Below, piece by piece: positions 43,301 through 58,605 of a stretch of 64,000 nucleotides of DNA (positions are counted from its first letter, which is position 1; every line of letters starts with the position of its first letter). Under the pieces are notes generated by a model, which was not told the DNA's origin, did not search any database, and worked only from the letters and a program-made list of their open reading frames with translations. The stretch is taken from the NCBI GenBank assembly GCA_964057225.1, contig OZ059899.1, positions 3,286,001-3,350,000 on the forward strand, read 5' to 3'. A program made the translations under genes and the position numbers. Source of the DNA: Auanema rhodensis (Eukaryota > Animalia > Nematoda).

Positions 43301-45267
43301 TTTCACCCTGAAGAATTAATTTTTTCGTTAAATAACCTTGTCCATCGTTTTTGTCTCAAAAAATAGAATCTAAAAACATCTACTTTTTGCTAAATTATTT
43401 TGAAATTTTTCGAAAAAATTTTTGTCAAAATGTTTTTGGAAGCAATGTTGAGTGTACAAGGAAACTCAACATACACTAATGCATCATTTTTCAAACGATC
43501 ATAACTAATTTTTGTATTAAGCGTTTCTCAATGTAGTATAGTGCATTCGATGCGGATTTTCAAGCTGCGTCGATCTGTGTTATCAGATTTGCGCTAGCTT
43601 AAAAATGCACCGAGATATCAACTGATATAAGTTCACACATATATACCCGATTTTCACCCTGAAGAATTAATTTTTTCGTTAAATAACCTTGTCCATCGTC
43701 TTTGTCTTGAAAAATAGAATCTAAAAACATCTACTTTTTGCTAAATTATTTTGAAATTTTTCGAAAAAATTTTTGTCAAAATGTTTTTGGAAGCAATGTT
43801 GAGTGTACATGGAAACTCAACATACACTAATGCATCATTTTTCAAACGATCATAACTAATTTTTGTATTAAGCGTTTCTCATTGTAGTATAGTGCATTCG
43901 ATGCATATTTTCAAGCTGCGTCGATCTGTGTTATCAGATTTGCGCTAGCTTAAAAATGCACCGAGATATCAACTGATATAAGTTCACACATATATACCCG
44001 ATTTTCACCCTGAAGAATTAATTTTTTCGTTGAATAACATTGTCTATCGTCTTTGCCTTGAGAAATGGAATCTAAAAACATCTACTTTTTGCTAAATTAT
44101 TTTGAAATTTTTCGAAAAAATTTTTGTCAAAATGTTTTTGGAAGCAATGTTGAGTGTACATGGAAACTCAACATATACTAATGCATCATTTTTCAAACGA
44201 TCATAACTAATTTTTGTATCAAGTGTTTCTCAATGTAGTATAGTGCATTCGATGCGGATTTTCAAGCTGCGTCGATCTGTGTTATCAGATTTGCGCTAGC
44301 TTAAAAATGCACCGAGATATCAACTGATATAAGTTCACACATATATACCCGATTTTCACCCTGAAGAATTAATTTTTTCGTTGAATAACATTGTCCATCG
44401 TCTTTGCCTTGAAAAAAGGAATCTAAAAACATCTACTTTTTGCTAAATTATTTTGAAATTTTTCGAAAAAATTTTTGTCAAAATGTTTTTGGAAGCAATG
44501 TTGAGTGTACATGGAAACTCAACATACACTAATGCATCATTTTTCAAACGATCATAACTAATTTTTGTATTAAGCGTTTCTCAATGTAGTATAGTGCATT
44601 CGATGCGGATTTTCAAGCTGCGTCGATCTGTGTTATCAGATTTGCGCTAGCTTAAAAATGCACCGAGATATCAACTGATATAAGTTCACACATATATACC
44701 CGATTTTCACCCTGAAGAATTAATTTTTTCGTTAAATAACCTTGTCCATCGTTTTTGTCTTAAAAAATAGAATCTTAAAACATCTACTTTTTGCTAAATT
44801 ATTTTGAAATTTTTCGAAAAAATTTTTGTCAAAATGTTTTTGGAAGCAATGTTGAGTGTACATGGAAACTCAACATACACTAATGCATCATTTTTCAAAC
44901 GATCATAACTAATTTTTGTATTAAGCGTTTCTCATTGTAGTATAGTGCATTCGATGCGGATTTTCAAGCTGCGTCGATCTGTGTTATCAGATTTGCGCTA
45001 GCTTAAAAATGCACCGAGATATCAACTGATATAAGTTCACACATATATACCCGATTTTCACCCTGAAGAATTAATTTTTTCGTTAAATAACCTTGTCCAT
45101 CGTCTTTGTCTTGAAAAATAGAATCTTAAAACATCTACTTTTTGCTAAATTATTTTGAAATTTTTCGAAAAAATTTTTGTCAAAATGTTTTTGGAAGCAA
45201 TGTTGAGTGTACATGGAAACTCAACATATACTAATGCATCATTTTTCAAACGATCATAACTAATTTT
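40354..45267. repeat. 7-mer (2457 bp) tandem duplication
   Basis: n116-122 versus n123-129; 298A at 41002 and 43459; 196C at 40900 and 43357; the paired A/B chimeras are repeated. Confidence 0.9.
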
Positions 45268-47022
45268 TGTATCAAGTGTTTCTCAATGTAGTATAGTGCA
45301 TTCGATGCGGATTTTTAAGCTGCGTCGATCTGTGTTATCAGATTTGCGCTAGCTTAAAAATGCACCGAGATATCAACTGATATAAGTTCACACATATATA
45401 CCCGATTTTCACCCTGAAGAATTAATTTTTTCGTTAAATAACCTTGTCCATCGTCTTTGTCTTGAAAAATAGAATCTAAAAACATCTACTTTTCGCTAAA
45501 TTATTTTGAAATTTTTCGAAAAAATTTTTGTCAAAATGTTTTTGGAAGCAATGTTGAGTGTACATGGAAACTCAACATATACTAATGCATCATTTTTCAA
45601 ACGATCATAACTAATTTTTGTATCAAGTGTTTCTCAATGTAGTATAGTGCATTCGATGCGGATTTTTAAGCTGCGTCGATCTGTGTTATCAGATTTGCGC
45701 TAGCTTAAAAATGCACCGAGATATCAACTGATATAAGTTCACACATATATACCCGATTTTCACCCTGAAGAATTAATTTTTTCGTTAAATAACCTTGTCC
45801 ATCGTTTTTGTCTTAAAAAATAGAATCTAAAAACATCTACTTTTTGCTAAATTATTTTGAAATTTTTCGAAAAAATTTTTGTCAAAATGTTTTTGGAAGC
45901 AATGTTGAGTGTACATGGAAACTCAACATACACTAATGCATCATTTTTCAAACGATCATAACTAATTTTTGTATTAAGCGTTTCTTAATGTAGTATAGTG
46001 CATTCGATGCGGATTTTCAAGCTGCGTCGATCTGTGTTATCAGATTTGCGCTAGCTTAAAAATGCACCGAGATATCAACTGATATAAGTTCACACATATA
46101 TCCTCGATTTTCACCCTGAAGAATTAATTTTTTCGTTGAATAACATTGTCCATCGTCTTTGCCTTGAAAAATGGAATCTAAAAACATCTACTTTTTGCTA
46201 AATTATTTTGAAATTTTTCGAAAAAATTTTTGTCAAAATGTTTTTGGAAGCAATGTTGAGTGTACATGGAAACTCAACATACACTAATGCATCATTTTTC
46301 AAACGATCATAACTAATTTTTGTATTAAGCGTTTCTCAATGTAGTATAGTGCATTCGATGCGGATTTTCAAGCTGCGTCGATCTGTGTTATCAGATTTGC
46401 GCTAGCTTAAAAATGCACCGAGATATCAACTGATATAAGTTCACACATATATACCCGATTTTCACCCTGAAGAATTAATTTTTTCGTTAAATAACCTTGT
46501 CCATCGTTTTTGTCTTAAAAAATAGAATCTAAAAACATCTACTTTTTGCTAAATTATTTTGAAATTTTTCGAAAAAATTTTTGTCAAAATGTTTTTGGAA
46601 GCAATGTTGAGTGTACATGGAAACTCAACATACACTAATGCATCATTTTTCAAACGATCATAACTAATTTTTGTATTAAGCGTTTCTCATTGTAGTATAG
46701 TGCATTCGATGCGGATTTTCAAGCTGCGTCGATCTGTGTTATCAGATTTGCGCTAGCTTAAAAATGCACCGAGATATCAACTGATATAAGTTCACACATA
46801 TATACCCGATTTTCACCCTGAAGAATTAATTTTTTCGTTAAATAACCTTGTCCATCGTCTTTGTCTTGAAAAATAGAATCTTAAAACATCTACTTTTTGC
46901 TAAATTATTTTGAAATTTTTCGAAAAAATTTTTGTCAAAATGTTTTTGGAAGCAATGTTGAGTGTACATGGAAACTCAACATATACTAATGCATCATTTT
47001 TCAAACGATCATAACTAATTTT

Positions 47023-50000
47023 TGTATCAAGTGTTTCTCAATGTAGTATAGTGCATTCGATGCGGATTTTTAAGCTGCGTCGATCTGTGTTTTCAGATTT
47101 GCGCTAGCTTAAAAATGCACCGAGATATCAACTGATATATGTTCACACTTATATCCTCGATTTTCACCCTGAAGAATTAATTTTTTCGTTGAATAACATT
47201 GTCCATCGTCTTTGCCTTGAAAAATGGAATCTAAAAACATCTACTTTTTGCTAAATTATTTTGAAATTTTTCGAAAAAATTTTTGTCAAAATGTTTTTGG
47301 AAGCAATGTTGAGTGTACATGGAAACTCAACATACACTAATGCATCATTTTTCAAACGATCATAACTAATTTTTGTATTAAGCGTTTCTCAATGTAGTAT
47401 AGTGCATTCGATGCGGATTTTTAAGCTGCGTCGATCTGTGTTATCAGATTTGCGCTAGCTTAAAAATGCACCGAGATATCAACTGATATAAGTTCACACT
47501 TATATCCTCGATTTTCACCCTGAAGAATTAATTTTTTCGTTGAATAACATTGTCCATCGTCTTTGCCTTGAAAAATGGAATCTAAAAACACCTACTTTTT
47601 GCTAAATTATTTTGAAATTTTTCGAAAAAATTTTTGTCAAAATGTTTTTGGAAGCAATGTTGAGTGTACATGGAAACTCAACATACACTAATGCATCATT
47701 TTTCAAACGATCATAACTAATTTTTGTATTAAGCGTTTCTCAATGTAGTATAGTGCATTCGATGCGGATTTTCAAGCTGCGTCGATCTGTGTTATCAGAT
47801 TTGCGCTAGCTTAAAAATGCACCGAGATATCAACTGATATATGTTCACACTTATATCCTCGATTTTCACCCTGAAGAATTAATTTTTTCGTTGAATAACA
47901 TTGTCCATCGTTTTTGTCTTAAAAAATAGAATCTAAAAACATCTACTTTTTGCTAAATTATTTTGAAATTTTTCGAAAAAATTTTTGTCAAAATGTTTTT
48001 GGAAGCAATGTTGAGTGTACATGGAAACTCAACATACACTAATGCATCATTTTTCAAACGATCATAACTAATTTTTGTATTAAGTGTTTCTCATTGTAGT
48101 ATAGTGCATTCGATGCGGATTTTCAAGCTGCGTCGATCTGTGTTATCAGATTTGCGCTAGCTTAAAAATGCACCGAGATATCAACTGATATAAGTTCACA
48201 CATATATACCCGATTTTCACCCTGAAGAATTAATTTTTTCGTTAAATAACCTTGTCCATCGTCTTTGTCTTGAAAAATAGAATCTTAAAACATCTACTTT
48301 TTGCTAAATTATTTTGAAATTTTTCGAAAAAATTTTTGTCAAAATGTTTTTGGAAGCAATGTTGAGTGTACATGGAAACTCAACATATACTAATGCATCA
48401 TTTTTCAAACGATCATAACTAATTTTTGTATCAAGTGTTTCTCAATGTAGTATAGTGCATTCGATGCGGATTTTTAAGCTGCGTCGATCTGTGTTTTCAG
48501 ATTTGCGCTAGCTTAAAAATGCACCGAGATATCAACTGATATATGTTCACACTTATATCCTCGATTTTCACCCTGAAGAATTAATTTTTTCGTTGAATAA
48601 CATTGTCCATCGTCTTTGCCTTGAAAAATGGAATCTAAAAACATCTACTTTTTGCTAAATTATTTTGAAATTTTTCGAAAAAATTTTTGTCAAAATGTTT
48701 TTGGAAGCAATGTTGAGTGTACATGGAAACTCAACATACACTAATGCATCATTTTTCAAACGATCATAACTAATTTTTGTATTAAGCGTTTCTCAATGTA
48801 GTATAGTGCATTCGATGCGGATTTTTAAGCTGCGTCGATCTGTGTTATCAGATTTGCGCTAGCTTAAAAATGCACCGAGATATCAACTGATATAAGTTCA
48901 CACTTATATCCTCGATTTTCACCCTGAAGAATTAATTTTTTCGTTGAATAACATTGTCCATCGTCTTTGCCTTGAAAAATGGAATCTAAAAACACCTACT
49001 TTTTGCTAAATTATTTTGAAATTTTTCGAAAAAATTTTTGTCAAAATGTTTTTGGAAGCAATGTTGAGTGTACATGGAAACTCAACATACACTAATGCAT
49101 CATTTTTCAAACGATCATAACTAATTTTTGTATTAAGCGTTTCTCAATGTAGTATAGTGCATTCGATGCGGATTTTCAAGCTGCGTCGATCTGTGTTATC
49201 AGATTTGCGCTAGCTTAAAAATGCACCGAGATATCAACTGATATATGTTCACACTTATATCCTCGATTTTCACCCTGAAGAATTAATTTTTTCGTTGAAT
49301 AACATTGTCCATCGTTTTTGTCTTAAAAAATAGAATCTAAAAACATCTACTTTTTGCTAAATTATTTTGAAATTTTTCGAAAAAATTTTTGTCAAAATGT
49401 TTTTGGAAGCAATGTTGAGTGTACATGGAAACTCAACATACACTAATGCATCATTTTTCAAACGATCATAACTAATTTTTGTATTAAGTGTTTCTCATTG
49501 TAGTATAGTGCATTCGATGCGGATTTTCAAGCTGCGTCGATCTGTGTTATCAGATTTGCGCTAGCTTAAAAATGCACCGAGATATCAACTGATATAAGTT
49601 CACACATATATACCCGATTTTCACCCTGAAGAATTAATTTTTTCGTTAAATAACCTTGTCCATCGTCTTTGTCTTGAAAAATAGAATCTTAAAACATCTA
49701 CTTTTTGCTAAATTATTTTGAAATTTTTCGAAAAAATTTTTGTCAAAATGTTTTTGGAAGCAATGTTGAGTGTACATGGAAACTCAACATATACTAATGC
49801 ATCATTTTTCAAACGATCATAACTAATTTTTGTATCAAGTGTTTCTCAATGTAGTATAGTGCATTCGATGCGGATTTTTAAGCTGCGTCGATCTGTGTTT
49901 TCAGATTTGCGCTAGCTTAAAAATGCACCGAGATATCAACTGATATATGTTCACACTTATATCCTCGATTTTCACCCTGAAGAATTAATTTTTTCGTTGA

Positions 50001-50532
50001 ATAACATTGTCCATCGTCTTTGCCTTGAAAAATGGAATCTAAAAACATCTACTTTTTGCTAAATTATTTTGAAATTTTTCGAAAAAATTTTTGTCAAAAT
50101 GTTTTTGGAAGCAATGTTGAGTGTACATGGAAACTCAACATACACTAATGCATCATTTTTCAAACGATCATAACTAATTTTTGTATTAAGCGTTTCTCAA
50201 TGTAGTATAGTGCATTCGATGCGGATTTTTAAGCTGCGTCGATCTGTGTTATCAGATTTGCGCTAGCTTAAAAATGCACCGAGATATCAACTGATATAAG
50301 TTCACACTTATATCCTCGATTTTCACCCTGAAGAATTAATTTTTTCGTTGAATAACATTGTCCATCGTCTTTGCCTTGAAAAATGGAATCTAAAAACACC
50401 TACTTTTTGCTAAATTATTTTGAAATTTTTCGAAAAAATTTTTGTCAAAATGTTTTTGGAAGCAATGTTGAGTGTACATGGAAACTCAACATACACTAAT
50501 GCATCATTTTTCAAACGATCATAACTAATTTT
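47023..50532. repeat. 4-mer (1404 bp) higher-order repeat, 2.5 copies
   Basis: n135-138, n139-142, n143-144; monomers with 10T+19T start at 48076 and 49480. Confidence 0.9.
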
Positions 50533-53500
50533 TGTATTAAGCGTTTCTCAATGTAGTATAGTGCATTCGATGCGGATTTTCAAGCTGCGTCGATCTGTGT
50601 TATCAGATTTGCGCTAGCTTAAAAATGCACCGAGATATCAACTGATATAAGTTCACACATATATACCCGATTTTCACCCTGAAGAATTAATTTTTTCGTT
50701 AAATAACCTTGTCCATCGTCTTTGTCTTGAAAAATAGAATCTAAAAACATCTACTTTTTGCTAAATTATTTTGAAATTTTTCGAAAAAATTTTTGTCAAA
50801 ATGTTTTTGGAAGCAATGTTGAGTGTACATGGAAACTCAACATATACTAATGCATCATTTTTCAAACGATCATAACTAATTTTTGTATCAAGTGTTTCTC
50901 AATGTAGTATAGTGCATTCGATGCGGATTTTTAAGCTGCGTCGATCTGTGTTATCAGATTTGCGCTAGCTTAAAAATGCACCGAGATATCAACTGATATA
51001 AGTTCACACATATATACCCGATTTTCACCCTGAAGAATTAATTTTTTCGTTAAATAACCTTGTCCATCGTTTTTGTCTTAAAAAATAGAATCAAAAAACA
51101 TCTACTTTTTGCTAAATTATTTTGAAATTTTTCGAAAAAATTTTTGTCAAAATGTTTTTGGAAGCAATGTTGAGTGTACATGGAAACTCAACATACACTA
51201 ATGCATCATTTTTCAAACGATCATAACTAATTTTTGTATTAAGCGTTTCTCAATGTAGTATAGTGCATTCGATGCGGATTTTCAAGCTGCGTCGATCTGT
51301 GTTATCAGATTTGCGCTAGCTTAAAAATGCACCGAGATATCAACTGATATAAGTTCACACATATATACCCGATTTTCACCCTGAAGAATTAATTTTTTCG
51401 TTAAATAACCTTGTCCATCGTTTTTGTCTTAAAAAATAGAATCTAAAAACATCTACTTTTTGCTAAATTATTTTGAAATTTTTCGAAAAAATTTTTGTCA
51501 AAATGTTTTTGGAAGCAATGTTGAGTGTACATGGAAACTCAACATACACTAATGCATCATTTTTCAAACGATCATAACTAATTTTTGTATTAAGCGTTTC
51601 TCAATGTAGTATAGTGCATTCGATGCGGATTTTCAAGCTGCGTCGATCTGTGTTATCAGATTTGCGCTAGCTTAAAAATGCACCGAGATATCAACTGATA
51701 TAAGTTCACACATATATACCCGATTTTCACCCTGAAGAATTAATTTTTTCGTTAAATAACCTTGTCCATCGTCTTTGTCTTGAAAAATAGAATCTAAAAA
51801 CATCTACTTTTTGCTAAATTATTTTGAAATTTTTCGAAAAAATTTTTGTCAAAATGTTTTTGGAAGCAATGTTGAGTGTACATGGAAACTCAACATATAC
51901 TAATGCATCATTTTTCAAACGATCATAACTAATTTTTGTATTAAGCGTTTCTCAATGTAGTATAGTGCATTCGATGCGGATTTTCAAGCTGCGTCGATCT
52001 GTGTTATCAGATTTGCGCTAGCTTAAAAATGCACCGAGATATCAACTGATATAAGTTCACACATATATACCCGATTTTCACCCTGAAGAATTAATTTTTT
52101 CGTTAAATAACCTTGTCCATCGTCTTTGTCTTGAAAAATAAAATCTAAAAACATCTACTTTTTGCTAAATTATTTTGAAATTTTTCGAAAAAATTTTTGT
52201 CAAAATGTTTTTGGAAGCAATGTTGAGTGTACATGGAAACTCAACATATACTAATGCATCATTTTTCAAACGATCATAACTAATTTTTGTATCAAGTGTT
52301 TCTCAATGTAGTATAGTGCATTCGATGCGGATTTTTAAGCTGCGTCGATCTGTGTTATCAGATTTGCGCTAGCTTAAAAATGCACCGAGATATCAACTGA
52401 TATAAGTTCACACTTATATCCTCGATTTTCACCCTGAAGAATTAATTTTTTCGTTGAATAACATTGTCTATCGTCTTTGCCTTGAGAAATGGAATCTAAA
52501 AACATCTACTTTTTGCTAAATTATTTTGAAATTTTTCGAAAAAATTTTTGTCAAAATGTTTTTGGAAGCAATGTTGAGTGTACATGGAAACTCAACATAC
52601 ACTAATGCATCATTTTTCAAACGATCATAACTAATTTTTGTATTAAGCGTTTCTCAATGTAGTATAGTGCATTCGATGCGGATTTTCAAGCTGCGTCGAT
52701 CTGTGTTATCAGATTTGCGCTAGCTTAAAAATGCACCGAGATATCAACTGATATAAGTTCACACTTATATCCTCGATTTTCACCCTGAAGAATTAATTTT
52801 TTCGTTGAATAACATTGTCTATCGTCTTTGCCTTGAGAAATGGAATCTAAAAACATCTACTTTTTGCTAAATTATTTTGAAATTTTTCGAAAAAATTTTT
52901 GTCAAAATGTTTTTGGAAGCAATGTTGAGTGTACATGGAAACTCAACATATACTAATGCATCATTTTTCAAACGATCATAACTAATTTTTGTATCAAGTG
53001 TTTCTCAATGTAGTATAGTGCATTCGATGCGGATTTTTAAGCTGCGTCGATCTGTGTTATCAGATTTGCGCTAGCTTAAAAATGCACCGAGATATCAACT
53101 GATATAAGTTCACACTTATATCCTCGATTTTCACCCTGAAGAATTAATTTTTTCGTTGAATAACATTGTCTATCGTCTTTGCCTTGAGAAATGGAATCTA
53201 AAAACATCTACTTTTTGCTAAATTATTTTGAAATTTTTCGAAAAAATTTTTGTCAAAATGTTTTTGGAAGCAATGTTGAGTGTACATGGAAACTCAACAT
53301 ACACTAATGCATCATTTTTCAAACGATCATAACTAATTTTTGTATTAAGCGTTTCTCAATGTAGTATAGTGCATTCGATGCGGATTTTCAAGCTGCGTCG
53401 ATCTGTGTTATCAGATTTGCGCTAGCTTAAAAATGCACCGAGATATCAACTGATATAAGTTCACACATATATACCCGATTTTCACCCTGAAGAATTAATT

Positions 53501-56500
53501 TTTTCGTTAAATAACCTTGTCCATCGTCTTTGTCTTGAAAAATAGAATCTAAAAACATCTACTTTTTGCTAAATTATTATGAAATTTTTCGAAAAAATTT
53601 TTGTCAAAATGTTTTTGGAAGCAATGTTGAGTGTACATGGAAACTCAACATATACTAATGCATCATTTTTCAAACGATCATAACTAATTTTTGTATTAAG
53701 CGTTTCTCAATGTAGTATAGTGCATTCGATGCGGATTTTTAAGCTGCGTCGATCTGTGTTATCAGATTTGCGCTAGCTTAAAAATGCACCGAGATATCAA
53801 CTGATATAAGTTCACACTTATATCCTCGATTTTCACCCTGAAGAATTAATTTTTTCGTTGAATAACATTGTCTATCGTCTTTGCCTTGAGTAATGGAATC
53901 TAAAAACATCTACTTTTTGCTAAATTATTTTGAAATTTTTCGAAAAAATTTTTGTCAAAATGTTTTTGGAAGCAATGTTGAGTGTACATGGAAACTCAAC
54001 ATACACTAATGCATCATTTTTCAAACGATCATAACTAATTTTTGTATTAAGCGTTTCTCAATGTAGTATAGTGCATTCGATGCGGATTTTCAAGCTGCGT
54101 CGATCTGTGTTATCAGATTTGCGCTAGCTTAAAAATGCACCGAGATATCAACTGATATAAGTTCACACATATATACCCGATTTTCACCCTGAAGAATTAA
54201 TTTTTTCGTTAAATAACCTTGTCCATCGTCTTTGTCTTGAAAAATAAAATCTAAAAACATCTACTTTTTGCTAAATTATTTTGAAATTTTTCGAAAAAAT
54301 TTTTGTCAAAATGTTTTTGGAAGCAATGTTGAGTGTACATGGAAACTCAACATATACTAATGCATCATTTTTCAAACGATCATAACTAATTTTTGTATCA
54401 AGTGTTTCTCAATGTAGTATAGTGCATTCGATGCGGATTTTTAAGCTGCGTCGATCTGTGTTATCAGATTTGCGCTAGCTTAAAAATGCACCGAGATATC
54501 AACTGATATAAGTTCACACTTATATCCTCGATTTTCACCCTGAAGAATTAATTTTTTCGTTGAATAACATTGTCTATCGTCTTTGCCTTGAGAAATGGAA
54601 TCTAAAAACATCTACTTTTTGCTAAATTATTTTGAAATTTTTCGAAAAAATTTTTGTCAAAATGTTTTTGGAAGCAATGTTGAGTGTACATGGAAACTCA
54701 ACATACACTAATGCATCATTTTTCAAACGATCATAACTAATTTTTGTATTAAGCGTTTCTCAATGTAGTATAGTGCATTCGATGCGGATTTTCAAGCTGC
54801 GTCGATCTGTGTTATCAGATTTGCGCTAGCTTAAAAATGCACCGAGATATCAACTGATATAAGTTCACACATATATACCCGATTTTCACCCTGAAGAATT
54901 AATTTTTTCGTTAAATAACCTTGTCCATCGTTTTTGTCTTAAAAAATAGAATCTTAAAACATCTACTTTTTGCTAAATTATTTTGAAATTTTTCGAAAAA
55001 ATTTTTGTCAAAATGTTTTTGGAAGCAATGTTGAGTGTACATGGAAACTCAACATACACTAATGCATCATTTTTCAAACGATCATAACTAATTTTTGTAT
55101 TAAGCGTTTCTCATTGTAGTATAGTGCATTCGATGCGGATTTTCAAGCTGCGTCGATCTGTGTTATCAGATTTGCGCTAGCTTAAAAATGCACCGAGATA
55201 TCAACTGATATAAGTTCACACATATATACCCGATTTTCACCCTGAAGAATTAATTTTTTCGTTAAATAACCTTGTCCATCGTTTTTGTCTTAAAAAATAG
55301 AATCTAAAAACATCTACTTTTTGCTAAATTATTTTGAAATTTTTCGAAAAAATTTTTGTCAAAATGTTTTTGGAAGCAATGTTGAGTGTACAAGGAAACT
55401 CAACATACACTAATGCATCATTTTTCAAACGATCATAACTAATTTTTGTATTAAGCGTTTCTCAATGTAGTATAGTGCATTCGATGCGGATTTTCAAGCT
55501 GCGTCCATCTGTGTTATCAGATTTGCGCTAGCTTAAAAATGCACCGAGATATCAACTGATATAAGTTCACACATATATACCCGATTTTCACCCTGAAGAA
55601 TTAATTTTTTCGTTAAATAACCTTGTCCATCGTCTTTGTCTTGAAAAATAGAATCTAAAAACATCTACTTTTTGCTAAATTATTTTGAAATTTTTCGAAA
55701 AAATTTTTGTCAAAATGTTTTTGGAAGCAATGTTGAGTGTACATGGAAACTCAACATATACTAATGCATCATTTTTCAAACGATCATAACTAATTTTTGT
55801 ATTAAGCGTTTCTCAATGTAGTATAGTGCATTCGATGCGGATTTTTAAGCTGCGTCGATCTGTGTTATCAGATTTGCGCTAGCTTAAAAATGCACCGAGA
55901 TATCAACTGATATAAGTTCACACTTATATCCTCGATTTTCACCCTGAAGAATTAATTTTTTCGTTGAATAACATTGTCTATCGTCTTTGCCTTGAGAAAT
56001 GGAATCTAAAAACATCTACTTTTTGCTAAATTATTTTGAAATTTTTCGAAAAAATTTTTGTCAAAATGTTTTTGGAAGCAATGTTGAGTGTACATGGAAA
56101 CTCAACATACACTAATGCATCATTTTTCAAACGATCATAACTAATTTTTGTATTAAGCGTTTCTCAATGTAGTATAGTGCATTCGATGCGGATTTTCAAG
56201 CTGCGTCGATCTGTGTTATCAGATTTGCGCTAGCTTAAAAATGCACCGAGATATCAACTGATATAAGTTCACACATATATACCCGATTTTCACCCTGAAG
56301 AATTAATTTTTTCGTTAAATAACCTTGTCCATCGTCTTTGTCTTGAAAAATAAAATCTAAAAACATCTACTTTTTGCTAAATTATTTTGAAATTTTTCGA
56401 AAAAATTTTTGTCAAAATGTTTTTGGAAGCAATGTTGAGTGTACATGGAAACTCAACATATACTAATGCATCATTTTTCAAACGATCATAACTAATTTTT

Positions 56501-56850
56501 GTATCAAGTGTTTCTCAATGTAGTATAGTGCATTCGATGCGGATTTTTAAGCTGCGTCGATCTGTGTTATCAGATTTGCGCTAGCTTAAAAATGCACCGA
56601 GATATCAACTGATATAAGTTCACACTTATATCCTCGATTTTCACCCTGAAGAATTAATTTTTTCGTTGAATAACATTGTCTATCGTCTTTGCCTTGAGAA
56701 ATGGAATCTAAAAACATCTACTTTTTGCTAAATTATTTTGAAATTTTTCGAAAAAATTTTTGTCAAAATGTTTTTGGAAGCAATGTTGAGTGTACATGGA
56801 AACTCAACATACACTAATGCATCATTTTTCAAACGATCATAACTAATTTT

Positions 56851-58254
56851 TGTATTAAGCGTTTCTCAATGTAGTATAGTGCATTCGATGCGGATTTTTA
56901 AGCTGCGTCGATCTGTGTTATCAGATTTGCGCTAGCTTAAAAATGCACCGAGATATCAACTGATATAAGTTCACACTTATATCCTCGATTTTCACCCTGA
57001 AGAATTAATTTTTTCGTTGAATAACATTGTCTATCGTCTTTGCCTTGAGAAATGGAATCTAAAAACATCTACTTTTTGCTAAATTATTTTGAAATTTTTC
57101 GAAAAAATTTTTGTCAAAATGTTTTTGGAAGCAATGTTGAGTGTACATGGAAACTCAACATACACTAATGCATCATTTTTCAAACGATCATAACTAATTT
57201 TTGTATTAAGCGTTTCTCAATGTAGTATAGTGCATTCGATGCGGATTTTTAAGCTGCGTCGATCTGTGTTATCAGATTTGCGCTAGCTTAAAAATGCACC
57301 GAGATATCAACTGATATAAGTTCACACTTATATCCTCGATTTTCACCCTGAAGAAATAATTTTTTCGTTGAATAACATTGTCCATCGTCTTTGCCTTGAA
57401 AAAAGGAATCTAAAAACATCTTATTTTTGCTAAATTATTTTGAAATTTTTCGAAAAAATTTTTGTCAAAATGTTTTTGGAAGCAATGTTGAGTGTACATG
57501 GAAACTCAACATACACTAATGCATCATTTTTCAAACGATCATAACTAATTTTTGTATTAAGCGTTTCTCAATGTAGTATAGTGCATTCGATGCGGATTTT
57601 TAAGCTGCGTCGATCTGTGTTATCAGATTTGCGCTAGCTTAAAAATGCACCGAGATATCAACTGATATAAGTTCACACTTATATCCTCGATTTTCACCCT
57701 GAAGAATTAATTTTTTCGTTGAATAACATTGTCTATCGTCTTTGCCTTGAGAAATGGAATCTAAAAACATCTACTTTTTGCTAAATTATTTTGAAATTTT
57801 TCGAAAAAATTTTTGTCAAAATGTTTTTGGAAGCAATGTTGAGTGTACATGGAAACTCAACATACACTAATGCATCATTTTTCAAACGATCATAACTAAT
57901 TTTTGTATTAAGCGTTTCTCAATGTAGTATAGTGCATTCGATGCGGATTTTTAAGCTGCGTCGATCTGTGTTATCAGATTTGCGCTAGCTTAAAAATGCA
58001 CCGAGATATCAACTGATATAAGTTCACACTTATATCCTCGATTTTCACCCTGAAGAAATAATTTTTTCGTTGAATAACATTGTCCATCGTCTTTGCCTTG
58101 AAAAAAGGAATCTAAAAACATCTTATTTTTGCTAAATTATTTTGAAATTTTTCGAAAAAATTTTTGTCAAAATGTTTTTGGAAGCAATGTTGAGTGTACA
58201 TGGAAACTCAACATACACTAATGCATCATTTTTCAAACGATCATAACTAATTTT
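56851..58254. repeat. Dimer (702 bp) duplication B2-B3
   Basis: Private 221-222 AC>TA at 57422 and 58124. Confidence 0.88.
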
Positions 58255-58605
58255 TGTATTAAGCGTTTCTCAATGTAGTATAGTGCATTCGATGCGGATT
58301 TTCAAGCTGCGTCGATCTGTGTTATCAGATTTGCGCTAGCTTAAAAATGCACCGAGATATCAACTGATATAAGTTCACACATATATACCCGATTTTCACC
58401 CTGAAGAATTAATTTTTTCGTTAAATAACCTTGTCCATCGTCTTTGTCTTGAAAAATAAAATCTAAAAACATCTACTTTTTGCTAAATTATTTTGAAATT
58501 TTTCGAAAAAATTTTTGTCAAAATGTTTTTGGAAGCAATGTTGAGTGTACATGGAAACTCAACATATACTAATGCATCATTTTTCAAACGATCATAACTA
58601 ATTTT

